Of a DNA stretch of 64,000 bases, positions 20,095 to 29,417 are shown piece after piece (the stretch's first letter is position 1; the number at the start of each line of letters is the position of its first letter). Under the pieces are notes generated by a model. That model had not been told where the DNA came from and did no database searches. It saw only the letters and a program-made list of their open reading frames with translations. Made by a program: the position numbers and the translations under genes. Source of the DNA: an uncultured bacterium (GTDB lineage: Bacteria; Patescibacteriota; Saccharimonadia; UBA4664; SCTI01); the NCBI GenBank assembly GCA_963721685.1, contig CAVRJJ010000005.1, positions 396,980-460,979 on the forward strand. Direction: 5' to 3'.

Positions 20095-21075
20095 GGAGGG
20101 TGTGTCAAAATTGGTGAGCAGGGTTGAAAGGTCAATAATATTAACGACCCCGTCTTCATTAAGATCGCCTGGTATACGCGGGCCAGCCTGGCCATAATTA
20201 TTAACGAGTACGCTAAGATCGGACACGCTTACCGAGACACCACCATCGGCAGACAACGTTTTTGCTCTCTCCGCGGACCGAAGCGTTTCCGACGGCTTGG
20301 ATACATTACCCTGGGCGTCAAAGGCAACTACATGATAGGAATACCCCTTCTTAGGCTCCACACCGGTGTCTGTATAGGTTGCGTCGGGGCTGCTGGCAAC
20401 TTGAACGCCGTTCCGGAAAACGCGGTAACCGCGCACTGAAACATTATCAACCGAGGGGCTCCAGCTAAGCGTGTTAGAGGCAGCGTCGGAGCGCGGGAGT
20501 GTCAGGCTTTCCGGAGCGCTCGGAGGGCTTTGGTCGGTGATTGTGTAGCTGCCAACATATTTCCTTATTTTTTTAACGCTGCTATCGTTTGCCCGCAAAA
20601 GCGTCGCTTCCGGCGTGAATTGAATGGAAGTTGTGCCGGAGCCGATTGTTACGAAATTGACAATGGCTATCTCTTGGACACCCGCTACCGATTTGCCTTC
20701 CTCGGCCGTCAAAGCGACGCGCACCGTGCCATCGCTTCCCTCGGCTAACGTTACCGCGGGAAAGGCGCTGGTAGCGGTGCTAATGCTGCTGAACCGCAAC
20801 TTGGTTTGGTCGTAAGTCAGCCCAGCCTGAATCGCCTTAACCGGATCGGCCCCATTATTGGTAAGGATGGTTACACTTACGGTTGATCCAAGGCTAAGGT
20901 TGGCCTGAGCCGGGTGCAGTGACAGGCTATCGCCCGCCGCCAAGCTTTTGTACACTACCATGATGCCCGCTAGCACAATTAATCCGGTCAACGTGGCCAC
21001 TAGCTTTAGGCGGGGATGCAGCTGCGTGAATACCGGAGGTTCCGCTTGTTTCCTCGTCTTTTTAGGTGCATTCAT
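20089..21075 (-). CDS. membrane-anchored surface protein: cohesin-like domain + fibronectin type III + C-terminal dockerin-like repeat
   Basis: It has an N-terminal TM and a cohesin-like segment paralogous to the upstream gene. The FN3-like region is SWSPSVDNVSVRGYRVFRNG..YSYHVVAFDAQGN. The C-terminal Ca-loop-like DLNEDGVVNIIDLSTLL is a dockerin signature. Confidence 0.5.
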   Translation of the reverse strand: MNAPKKTRKQAEPPVFTQLHPRLKLVATLTGLIVLAGIMVVYKSLAAGDSLSLHPAQANLSLGSTVSVTILTNNGADPVKAIQAGLTYDQTKLRFSSISTATSAFPAVTLAEGSDGTVRVALTAEEGKSVAGVQEIAIVNFVTIGSGTTSIQFTPEATLLRANDSSVKKIRKYVGSYTITDQSPPSAPESLTLPRSDAASNTLSWSPSVDNVSVRGYRVFRNGVQVASSPDATYTDTGVEPKKGYSYHVVAFDAQGNVSKPSETLRSAERAKTLSADGGVSVSVSDLSVLVNNYGQAGPRIPGDLNEDGVVNIIDLSTLLTNFDTPSL

Positions 21076-21959
21076 TATTTACGTCTCCGGTGTGAGGCCC
21101 ATATAAAGCTAAACAACAAAACTTCAACGCATAAGGCAGCGTACCAAACCAGGTCAGGGGAATAGCGCTTTGTTGCTAATCGTACGGTGTGGCGATGGAG
21201 GACTAATTCGGACCGAGGGTTAATAACAAAGGAACTGGCACGGGCTTGCCCATGAGCAGTTGTGGCTACTGGGTGTGCGCCTGAAGGTACATCATAAAAG
21301 CTGGCAACGCCGGTTGAGTCGGTTGTAGCGGTTGTATTGCTTACAGTAACTTTAGCGCCGGACACGGGTTTGTTATCTCTGGTAAGCACTTTTATAGCAA
21401 GTAGGTAGGAAGATGCTTTTTTCCTGTCTCCGGTGGTACTGTGGGTTGCCTGTCCGCCGGGCCGCAGGCTGAAGTTTCCGCCCGCGAGCGCTCCGTTCCA
21501 GATATTCTGATTGGGATTAGCTTGCTCGATAGCCGAGGCAGAATCAAAAGATAGGGCGGTAGCGCCAGTGCTGGCAAGCACCTTGAATGTGGCCGATCCT
21601 ACCAGTTGATTGCCGGTTAACGGAGAAGGGAGTTTAGCCCGGACAATTCGCAGTTTTCCTTGACCCCCCATTTCGACTGCCCGGATATTGAAGGCACTTG
21701 AAGCGGTGTCAATGCTTAGCAGCTCGAGGTGAAGAGGATTATAGGTCAAGCCAGCTTGGACAGCGTTGACGGCAATTGTCCCGCTGTCTTCTTTAATAGC
21801 CACTGTGAACGTACTGCCCTTTGTGTAGGTGCCGCTGGAAGGTGAAAGGGTGAAAATCCCTGTTCTTGTTGCTGCCTGACCGGGATGCGGCATACATACT
21901 ATAAGGCCCAGCGCTAAGCCCAGCGACCATCTCACCACGTTAGTTGCGAGCCTAATCAT
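21075..21959 (-). CDS. secreted cohesin-like domain protein with C-terminal hydrophobic anchor + basic tail
   Basis: It has a signal peptide. The cohesin-like region VNAVQAGLTYNPLHLELLSIDTASSAFNI is paralogous to VKAIQAGLTYDQTKLRFSSISTATSAF in the next gene. The C-terminus is LVWYAALCVEVLLFSFIWASHRRRK. Confidence 0.45.
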   Translation of the reverse strand: MIRLATNVVRWSLGLALGLIVCMPHPGQAATRTGIFTLSPSSGTYTKGSTFTVAIKEDSGTIAVNAVQAGLTYNPLHLELLSIDTASSAFNIRAVEMGGQGKLRIVRAKLPSPLTGNQLVGSATFKVLASTGATALSFDSASAIEQANPNQNIWNGALAGGNFSLRPGGQATHSTTGDRKKASSYLLAIKVLTRDNKPVSGAKVTVSNTTATTDSTGVASFYDVPSGAHPVATTAHGQARASSFVINPRSELVLHRHTVRLATKRYSPDLVWYAALCVEVLLFSFIWASHRRRK

Positions 21960-22237
21960 AATACTTCAATAGTGATCATCCATAAGCATTTTAGCAAGCC
22001 CTTCTTAACGCTTATGCTTAGACTTGACTTATTGGTGCATAGCCATTAACCTTAAGCATAAGCTCTCTAATCTGGTGGAGGCTCAAAAATAAAGATGTCA
22101 AAAAATGATCGCTTTCTTATTTAACTTCAGAGGCAGCTATTTTAGGCATATTTCATTCTGCGCTACAGGCTCCCGCCGACACTAAATTTACCCGGATTGT
22201 TACTTGGATCTCCGGCATTGCTCTTGGCATTGTTGTC

Positions 22238-23299
22238 GTGGGACTCGTTACGGGCTTTATCCCACCTCCCAAAGACGCATTTGCTGATTCGTCCAAAATT
22301 GTTAGCCTTTACTATGATGGCCAAAAGAAGGTTGTTACCACCAATGCCCCTACAGTGGCGGCCGCCTTATCTGAAGCGGGCGTTGAAATGGCCGCTGGTG
22401 ATTTGGTGGAGCCCAGCCCGACTACTCAAATTTCCGATGGTTTCTTCAATATTAATGTGTACCGTTCCCGGCCAGTGGTAGTTGTTGACGGGGTAAATCG
22501 GAAGGTGGTCCAAACCGCCCTGCAAAGCTCTCGCCTCATTGCCGAACAGGCGGGACTGAAGGTCTACCCGGAAGATACCTATGAAACAGCAGTTATTGAT
22601 GACATTGCCGGGCTAGGCAATGTGGGCCAGGTAATTACCATTAACCGCGCGGTGCCGGTAGTGCTGCTCGCGGATGGCCACGAGCAAACAGTCCGTACCC
22701 AGCAGAAAACGGTAGGCGGCTTGCTGCATGAGCGGGATGTCGCCTTTGGGCCCAAGGATACCGTTTCCGTAGACCGAGAGGCTGAGATTCAGCCCAAGAT
22801 GGTCATACAGGTTAACCGGGTAAAGGTGGTAGTGGTTAAGCAAACCGAAACGATTGGGCATGAGGTTACCACCATTAAAGACCCTAACCTTGAGAGCGGG
22901 ACGGTTGCCGTTAAAACTCCCGGCAAGCCGGGCCAAAAGGAGGTAACCTATCGAGTCCATTACCAAAATGGCAGCGAACAGGTGCGGGAAGTACTTGCCC
23001 AAACCGTTATTGAGCAGCCCGTTACCGAGGTAAAAGTTTACGGAACCAAGGCCAAGAGTGGCCCAACGCCTGAAAATTGGCTTCGTTTGCGCTTGTGTGA
23101 ATCCGGGAATAATTACGCTAATAAGCACAATAGTTTGTACCGGGGTGCCTATCAGTTCTCTTATGGAACATGGGGGTCGGTTGGCGGGAGTGGGGATCCC
23201 GCCGACGCCTCACCGGCCGAGCAGGATATGCGGGCCCAGCTTCTCTACAGTCGCAGGGGTGCATCCCCGTGGCCGGTGTGCGGTCGGTTCCTCCGCTAA
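22238..23299 (+). CDS. RpfB-like resuscitation-promoting factor (DUF348-like repeats + G5 domain + Rpf lysozyme-like domain)
   Basis: The C-terminus WLRLRLCESGNNYANKHNSLYRGAYQFSYGTWGSVGG matches the Rpf catalytic domain, including the CESG Glu. The upstream G5-like segment is VKTPGKPGQKEVTYRVHYQNGSEQ. The true start is probably upstream (the TM is truncated), and the listed start is GTG. Confidence 0.65.
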   Translation: MGLVTGFIPPPKDAFADSSKIVSLYYDGQKKVVTTNAPTVAAALSEAGVEMAAGDLVEPSPTTQISDGFFNINVYRSRPVVVVDGVNRKVVQTALQSSRLIAEQAGLKVYPEDTYETAVIDDIAGLGNVGQVITINRAVPVVLLADGHEQTVRTQQKTVGGLLHERDVAFGPKDTVSVDREAEIQPKMVIQVNRVKVVVVKQTETIGHEVTTIKDPNLESGTVAVKTPGKPGQKEVTYRVHYQNGSEQVREVLAQTVIEQPVTEVKVYGTKAKSGPTPENWLRLRLCESGNNYANKHNSLYRGAYQFSYGTWGSVGGSGDPADASPAEQDMRAQLLYSRRGASPWPVCGRFLR

Positions 23300-23309
23300 A
23301 TACCCTTGC

Positions 23310-23585
23310 TTAGGCTCGCATATTGCCGCGGCGGAAGAGGTTTACAATTGCCAACAAGACAACGGCCCCCAAGATGGCCACCAGCAGGCTGTAGAAGTTG
23401 AAGCCAGTGGCGCCGCTTCCTCCCAGCGCCTGCATAAGGTAGCCGCCAAGAATGGCCCCGATTATACCCACAATCACGTTGCCGGCAGCACCTTGCTCTT
23501 GGTTGGTGCGCATGATAATGGAAGCAATCCATCCGGCGAGCCCCCCAAATACAATCCACGCTAATATACTAAACAGATCCATCAA
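23310..23585 (-). CDS. GlsB/YeaQ/YmgE family (transglycosylase-associated) small membrane protein
   Basis: 91 aa, reading MMDLFSILAWIVFGGLAGWIA...GIIGAILGGYL...LVAILGAVVL, with Gly-zipper TM repeats typical of this family. Confidence 0.65.
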   Translation of the reverse strand: MMDLFSILAWIVFGGLAGWIASIIMRTNQEQGAAGNVIVGIIGAILGGYLMQALGGSGATGFNFYSLLVAILGAVVLLAIVNLFRRGNMRA

Positions 23586-23743
23586 CTCCTCCTTTCACTA
23601 TTGTTTCTCTTATACGCTCAAGCCTACTCCTGCTAAGCAATTGCTTCATGGGTAAAACTGCTAATTATTTAGTTCCATTGAGGCGCTAAATCCGCCTTTT
23701 TGTATAATCCGACCATTTTCCTCCTGTACGTTAGAATAGGTAT

Positions 23744-24574
23744 ATGGATTTAAGCAATATCGATGAGCTGCGCGGTGCCTTGCGGTTGGCCGGGCTGCGT
23801 CCGCATAAAAGTTTAGGGCAGCACTTCTTAGTTAACCAGGAAAGTTTAGAGGCGGTAATGGCAGCGGGCAACTTAACCGGCAGTGATACGGTGCTGGAGA
23901 TTGGGCCGGGGCTTGGGGTTATGACAGGTCCCCTTTCCAAACAAGCTAAAAAAGTAGTGGCAGTCGAAGCCGACCCAGTGCTGGCAAACATCCTTTCCCA
24001 TAGTCAGCCAGCAAATGTTGAAGTAATAAATCAAGATATTATGCGGTTCGACCTAAACCACCTCCCGGCGGGATATAAAGTAATCGCCAATATCCCTTAC
24101 TACCTGACCTCAATGATTATCCGCTTGCTCATGGAAGCCCAGAACAAGCCTACACGCGTAGCGCTGCTCATTCAAAAGGAGGTAGCCCAGCGCATTACCG
24201 CGAAGCCCGGGAAAATGAGTGTTCTGGCTCTTAGTGTCCAGTATTATGGGATGCCCGTTTTGCTTGAAACGGTGGAGCGATACAAGTTTTGGCCAGCCCC
24301 AAAGGTAGATTCGGCAATTTTGCAAATTACGTTAACCCAAAAGCCGGCATTTGAGGCAGACCGTTCTAAACTTTTTCGGCTCATCAAAGCTGGCTTTGGA
24401 GAAAAGCGTAAGATGATGAAAACCAGTTTGGCGGGTGGCTTAAATATTGAGCTTCCCTTGGCCATAGAGCTAATGGAAGCTGCTTCATTAGACCTTAGCG
24501 CCAGAGCCCAGGAACTTGACATGGAGGGGTGGGGTCGGCTTTACCGCGCGGCCGATAAGCGCGGAGTCCTGTAG
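23744..24574 (+). CDS. rsmA: 16S rRNA (adenine1518/1519-N6)-dimethyltransferase
   Basis: Motifs LGQHFLVNQ, VLEIGPGLG, and NIPY. Confidence 0.9.
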   Translation: MDLSNIDELRGALRLAGLRPHKSLGQHFLVNQESLEAVMAAGNLTGSDTVLEIGPGLGVMTGPLSKQAKKVVAVEADPVLANILSHSQPANVEVINQDIMRFDLNHLPAGYKVIANIPYYLTSMIIRLLMEAQNKPTRVALLIQKEVAQRITAKPGKMSVLALSVQYYGMPVLLETVERYKFWPAPKVDSAILQITLTQKPAFEADRSKLFRLIKAGFGEKRKMMKTSLAGGLNIELPLAIELMEAASLDLSARAQELDMEGWGRLYRAADKRGVL

Positions 24575-24616
24575 CCGCGCATAGACGCCTAACCTGATTT
24601 TCGTTACACTAGCCCT

Positions 24617-26056
24617 ATGCCAAAATTTTACCTTACAACCCCGATATACTATGTTAACGACCTGCCCCATATCGGCACCGCTTACACCACGATCGCGGCT
24701 GATGTGCTGGCCCGCTACCACCGCCAACAGGGAGATGAAGTTTTATTCGCGACAGGTTCCGATGAGAATGGCCAAAAGATCGTCAGGGCAGCCGAAAAAG
24801 CCGGTAAGACGCCAGCCGAGTATGTTAGCGGCATGGCGGAATCATGGCAAAAAACCTGGGAACAGCTGGGTATCAGCCACGACCGGTTTATTCGTACCAC
24901 CGAGAAAGACCACATCGACGGGGTAACGGCATTTATTGCCAAGGTACAGGCGTCCGAGGATCTTTATAAGGGTGTTTATGAAGGCCTCTACTGTGTCGGT
25001 TGTGAGGAATTTAAAAAAGAAGCTGATTTGGTAGATGGTCATTGTCCCGAGCACCCCAATCAGGAAATTGAGCAGTTAAAAGAAGATAATTATTTCTTTA
25101 AGTTAAGTAAGTATCAGGATAAATTATTGGCGCATATTGACGCCAATCCCGATTTTATCCAGCCGGAAAGTCGACGCAATGAGGTGGTCCAGTTCATTAA
25201 GCAGGGGTTGGAGGATTTTAGCGTTTCCCGGCCGAACAAAGGATGGGGTATACCGTGGCCTGATGACAAAAACCAGGTAGTGTACGTATGGTTTGACGCA
25301 TTAGTAAATTATCTGGTAGTCGCGGGATACCCGAAAGACTTGAGCCACTGGTGGCCCGCCGACCTGCATTTGGTGGGCAAAAATATTATTAAGTTCCACT
25401 GTGTTTATTGGCCCGCGATGTTAATGAGCGCCGGGCTGCCGCTTCCCAAGCAAGTCTTTGCCCATGGTTTTTTTACGGTTGATGGCCAGAAAATCTCGAA
25501 ATCATTAGGGAACGCCATTAATCCGGTTGAACTGGCCGGAACCTACGGGGTTGATGCCCTGCGCTTCTATTTGTTGCGCGAGATTAAGTTTGGCGGGGAC
25601 GGGGAATTTAGCCATGAGCGCTTCAGGCAAGTGTATGAATCGGAGCTGGCTAATGATTTAGGGAATGCCGTTCAACGCGTTGCAACAATGATTGCCCGCT
25701 ACATGGGCGGCACAATCAGTGAGGTCCCCAAAGCTTCCCACGACGTTGGGTTGGTCCATCAGGCGATGGCCGAACTGCGCCTCGATAAAGCCTTAGAAGA
25801 GCTATGGGTCCATGTCCGCGGGATCAACCAATATATTGAAGCTGAAAAGCCCTGGGAGCTGGCCAAGAGTGATGTTAACCAGTTAGCGATTGTTCTGCAG
25901 CAAGCGGTAGGGGATCTGCTGCATGTCGCGGAGTTATTGCTGCCATTTATTCCGGCTACCGCTCAACGGATCGCCCAAACATTCGAAGGCGGACAGGTGC
26001 ATCCCGAAGTTGGGATATTATTTCCCAAGTTTGATGAAACCCCCGCCCCAAAGTAG
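24617..26056 (+). CDS. metG: methionyl-tRNA synthetase (short form, no C-terminal tRNA-binding domain)
   Basis: HIGH-type motif HIGTAY, a Zn-knuckle remnant CVGCEE..HCPEHP, and KMSKS-type KISKSLGN. Confidence 0.9.
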   Translation: MPKFYLTTPIYYVNDLPHIGTAYTTIAADVLARYHRQQGDEVLFATGSDENGQKIVRAAEKAGKTPAEYVSGMAESWQKTWEQLGISHDRFIRTTEKDHIDGVTAFIAKVQASEDLYKGVYEGLYCVGCEEFKKEADLVDGHCPEHPNQEIEQLKEDNYFFKLSKYQDKLLAHIDANPDFIQPESRRNEVVQFIKQGLEDFSVSRPNKGWGIPWPDDKNQVVYVWFDALVNYLVVAGYPKDLSHWWPADLHLVGKNIIKFHCVYWPAMLMSAGLPLPKQVFAHGFFTVDGQKISKSLGNAINPVELAGTYGVDALRFYLLREIKFGGDGEFSHERFRQVYESELANDLGNAVQRVATMIARYMGGTISEVPKASHDVGLVHQAMAELRLDKALEELWVHVRGINQYIEAEKPWELAKSDVNQLAIVLQQAVGDLLHVAELLLPFIPATAQRIAQTFEGGQVHPEVGILFPKFDETPAPK

Positions 26057-26062
26057 CTTGAC

Positions 26063-26821
26063 ATGTCGTTAATTGACACCCACGCGCATATTCATTTTGA
26101 TAGCTTTGCGGGCCAGGTTGACGCGGTGCTGCACCGCGCCAATGAAGAGGGTGTTCAGCAAATAATTACGGTTGGGGTAACCACCGCCGACAGCCGGAAA
26201 GCCGTTGACCTGGCAAGCACTTACGAGAATGTTTGGGCTGCGGTTGGCATCCATCCTCACGAGGCCGGTGAGGCTATTCAGGGTATTGATTATCTGCGAG
26301 ACCTTACGAAACGGCGTAAGGTAATAGCGGTTGGTGAGTGCGGTTTGGACGCGGTTAAATCCAAAACCAGCCGGGAGGAGCAGGAAAAAGCTCTTCGCCT
26401 TCAAATCGAGTTGGCCCTGGAATGTCAGCTGCCCTTAATCTTCCACGTGCGGGAAGCCTTTGATGATTTTGTGGCTATTATTGCCCACTACCCCGAGGTG
26501 CGCGGAATCGTCCACAGTTTTAGCGCCGGAATCAAAGAGGCCAGCCGCATTGTTGAAAAAGGCTTGTTGCTGGGAATAAACGGCATAGTAACCTTTCCCA
26601 ACAGTCAGGCCCTTCAAGAGGCGGTCAAGCGGATGTCCTCCAGCCACATCGTGCTAGAAACCGATTGCCCTTTCCTAAGTCCGGTGCCATATCGGGGGAA
26701 GACCAACGAACCGGCCCGGGTAGTGGATATTGCAGAGCGGGTAGCGGCGTTACGGGCGGAATATCCCGCCGAGGTAAGTTCTTTTACTTCAGCTAACGCT
26801 AGGGAGCTGTTTGGCATATGA
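26063..26821 (+). CDS. tatD: TatD-family metal-dependent hydrolase
   Basis: Motifs IDTHAHIHF, AVGECGLD, and HSFSAG. Confidence 0.85.
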   Translation: MSLIDTHAHIHFDSFAGQVDAVLHRANEEGVQQIITVGVTTADSRKAVDLASTYENVWAAVGIHPHEAGEAIQGIDYLRDLTKRRKVIAVGECGLDAVKSKTSREEQEKALRLQIELALECQLPLIFHVREAFDDFVAIIAHYPEVRGIVHSFSAGIKEASRIVEKGLLLGINGIVTFPNSQALQEAVKRMSSSHIVLETDCPFLSPVPYRGKTNEPARVVDIAERVAALRAEYPAEVSSFTSANARELFGI

Positions 26822-28002
26822 ACTACTGCTATCTCGATTACGCGTCAGCTACGCCGGTGGACCCAATGGTTGCTTCGGTTATGAGGAACTATGCTGAAAA
26901 CCAGTTTGCCAACCCTTCTTCCCCGCACAGTCCAGGACAGCGAGCGCGAACCTCCTTGGAAGCTGCCCGCGCCGAGGTGGCGGGTATTCTTGGAGTGAAG
27001 TCATCCGAAATTATTTTTACCAGCGGCTCTACCGAAGGAGCGCAGATTGCCATCGCCGGCGTCTTGGAAACTTTCCCGGGTAGCGGGGTAGTGGTGTCAT
27101 CAATTGAGCATAAAGCAATTTTGCAGACAGCGGCTAATTTCTGCCATACGCTGCCCGCCTCTATCGCTTGTGATGCCCGCGGTATTGTCCAGCCGGAAGC
27201 GGTGGTGGCCAGTATTAGCGACACTACCGCGCTAGTGTGTGTCCAATACGCTAACAATGAGATAGGAACACTCCAGCCGATTGCCAAGATCGCGTTAGAA
27301 ATGGCTAAAATCCGGATTCAACGGGCCAAGCGGAACGTAAAGCTTCCCCTTTATCTCTACTGCGACGCTGCCCAGGCCGGGCTTTTAAGCCTGCAGATGA
27401 GCCGGCTGGGGGTGGACTTATTAAGTATGGGCGGATCAAAAATCTATGGCCCTGCTGGCAGCGGCTTCTTGTACATTCGCACGGGCGTAGCGCTTAAACC
27501 GTTGTTTGAGGGGGGCGGACAGGAGCGTGGCTTACGGGGCGGCTCGGAGAACGTGGCGGCGGCAGTAGGATTAGGGGCAGCCCTGGGCCTTGTGCAGCGT
27601 TCCCGGAGCATAGAGAGTAAGCGATTAAAAGGGTTGCGAGAGGATTTGCGAAAGACAATTCTGCAAACAATTGAGGGGGTGCAGCTAAATGGTTCACTTG
27701 ACCACCGCTTGCCCGGTAACCTGCACTTAAGTTTTGACAATTGCTTGGGAGAGGACTTAGTTGCCCATCTTGACGTTGCCGGATTCGCGGTAGCGACAGG
27801 CTCGGCCTGTACGGCAGCCTACCAAGACCCTTCCCATGTTCTTCTAGCTATCGGTTGCAGTCGGGAAAGGGCAGAATCAAGTTTACGTATCAGCTTGGGG
27901 CGGCTTACCACCGTAGCCGAGCTGGACCGCTTCGCGGTTTCCCTTGCTCTGGCGGTAAAAAATATCCGCCAACACGCGATAAACCGCGATGGGTTACAAT
28001 AA
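26818..28002 (+). CDS. cysteine desulfurase-like class V aminotransferase (IscS/NifS family)
   Basis: YLDYASATP, and a PLP-lysine region SMGGSKIYGPAGSGFLYIR. Its start overlaps the tatD stop (ATGA). Confidence 0.75.
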   Translation: MNYCYLDYASATPVDPMVASVMRNYAENQFANPSSPHSPGQRARTSLEAARAEVAGILGVKSSEIIFTSGSTEGAQIAIAGVLETFPGSGVVVSSIEHKAILQTAANFCHTLPASIACDARGIVQPEAVVASISDTTALVCVQYANNEIGTLQPIAKIALEMAKIRIQRAKRNVKLPLYLYCDAAQAGLLSLQMSRLGVDLLSMGGSKIYGPAGSGFLYIRTGVALKPLFEGGGQERGLRGGSENVAAAVGLGAALGLVQRSRSIESKRLKGLREDLRKTILQTIEGVQLNGSLDHRLPGNLHLSFDNCLGEDLVAHLDVAGFAVATGSACTAAYQDPSHVLLAIGCSRERAESSLRISLGRLTTVAELDRFAVSLALAVKNIRQHAINRDGLQ

Positions 28003-28609
28003 TTCCATGAAGCTGCTTATGGCTTTTTTAATAACAATTGCCGTGTTCGCCGCGCTGATTGCCTGTTGCATAGTAGGAATCGGCTTCTTCCTATCTCCAC
28101 AGAGCAAGTTACAAAACGCCGACCTAATCGTTGCAATAAGCGGGGGGGAGACCCAGCAGCGAACCGCCGAAGCCATTAAGCTGTATAACCAGGGACGTGC
28201 TGGTAAAATACTATTTTCCGGAGCGGCGGCCGACCCCACCGGGCCATCCAACGCCGCGGCTATGCGGGCCGACGCTCTGCGCGCGGGGGTGCCGGACAGC
28301 GCGATTATTATTGAAGAGAAATCAACGAGCACTCTGGAGAACGCGGAAATGGCCGCGCCGCTTATCACGGAGCTGGGGGCAAAGTCTATCATCCTGGTTA
28401 CCTCCCCTTACCATCAGCGGCGTGCCAGTATAGACTTCTCGCTTTACCTGGGAGATGACGTCGCCATCTTAAACCATTCCGCGACCGACAGTTCCTGGCG
28501 GAAGAGTAATTGGTGGCAGAAGGAAAAAACAATTAGCCTCACAATGAGCGAGCTCCAAAAAACCTTTTACGGATTGTCGGTCCAACCTAAAGATAAGGCT
28601 ACCGACTAG
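27989..28609 (+). CDS. DUF218 (YdcF/SanA/ElyC-like) membrane-anchored protein
   Basis: An N-terminal TM followed by ILFSGAA...AIIIEEKSTSTLENA...ILVTSPYHQRRA, typical of DUF218. Confidence 0.6.
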   Translation: MGYNNSMKLLMAFLITIAVFAALIACCIVGIGFFLSPQSKLQNADLIVAISGGETQQRTAEAIKLYNQGRAGKILFSGAAADPTGPSNAAAMRADALRAGVPDSAIIIEEKSTSTLENAEMAAPLITELGAKSIILVTSPYHQRRASIDFSLYLGDDVAILNHSATDSSWRKSNWWQKEKTISLTMSELQKTFYGLSVQPKDKATD

Positions 28610-28642
28610 ACTTTACCCTGTCGCTAGCGGCATAATAGAAGC

Positions 28643-29344
28643 ATGAGAAGTTTGCGGTGGCTGGTGGTGCTCGTCGTGCTCCTGGGAACCAATGAGGTTT
28701 TCGCGGAAACATTGCGCTCCCCCAACTTTACAATTGATGAAAGCTTTGTGGGCGGGGGTGGCCAGGTTGAAGGCAGTTCAACAAACTTTAAGGCCCGGGA
28801 CGCGATAGGTGAGGCGGGGGTGGGCGATTCCAGCTCTACCAATTTCCAAACCAACTCCGGATACATCACCACCAATGATCCCGCCCTGACGTTTGTGGTG
28901 AACACCACCACCATTAATTTTGGCGCCCTTTCAACCTCGGCTACCGCCACGGCCAACTCCACCTTCAGTGTCATCAATTACACCAGCTATGGGTACGCCG
29001 TCCAAACGGTGGGGCCGCCGCCCCAAACGGGCAGCTATACGCTAACCGGTATGTCTACGGCCGGCCCTTCCCAAACCGGGGTTGAGCAATATGGTATTAA
29101 TTTGCGCGCCAATACCTCTCCGGTAGCATTCGGCGGTAATCCTCTCGGAGGCTTTGGCACGGCAGCGAGCGGCTATGCCCTTCCGGATAATTTTAAATAT
29201 ATTGCCGGGGACACGATTGCCTCTGCTCCTAAAAGTTCCGGGCAAACCGATTACACAATTTCATATATCGTTAACGCTTCGAGTAATACAAGAGGTGGAA
29301 CGTACACCGGCATTCAATCATTAGTATGTACCGGCACTTATTAG
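28643..29344 (+). CDS. secreted Thr/Ser/Gly/Asn-rich paralog 1 (WxL-like candidate; C-terminus ..SYIVN..TYTGIQSLVCTGTY)
   Basis: It has a signal peptide and shares a mid-protein motif (EQYGINLRANTSP vs SQFGINLVSNTTP vs SQFGVNLRANATP) and a C-terminal Y-x-C tail with the next two ORFs. Confidence 0.5.
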   Translation: MRSLRWLVVLVVLLGTNEVFAETLRSPNFTIDESFVGGGGQVEGSSTNFKARDAIGEAGVGDSSSTNFQTNSGYITTNDPALTFVVNTTTINFGALSTSATATANSTFSVINYTSYGYAVQTVGPPPQTGSYTLTGMSTAGPSQTGVEQYGINLRANTSPVAFGGNPLGGFGTAASGYALPDNFKYIAGDTIASAPKSSGQTDYTISYIVNASSNTRGGTYTGIQSLVCTGTY

Positions 29345-29417
29345 CATAAGCACTTTCTTGACTTTCATAAATTGCTAATGCTACAATATCTCTAGAACAA
29401 AAGGGCTAACTAACTTT

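Noticed and set aside
22197-23564. Alternate-frame ORFs 22197..22481 +, 22613..23128 -, 23058..23564 +, 23296..23559 -.
   Set aside because: They overlap the RpfB-like gene or the GlsB-like gene in other frames. They have no motifs or RBS.
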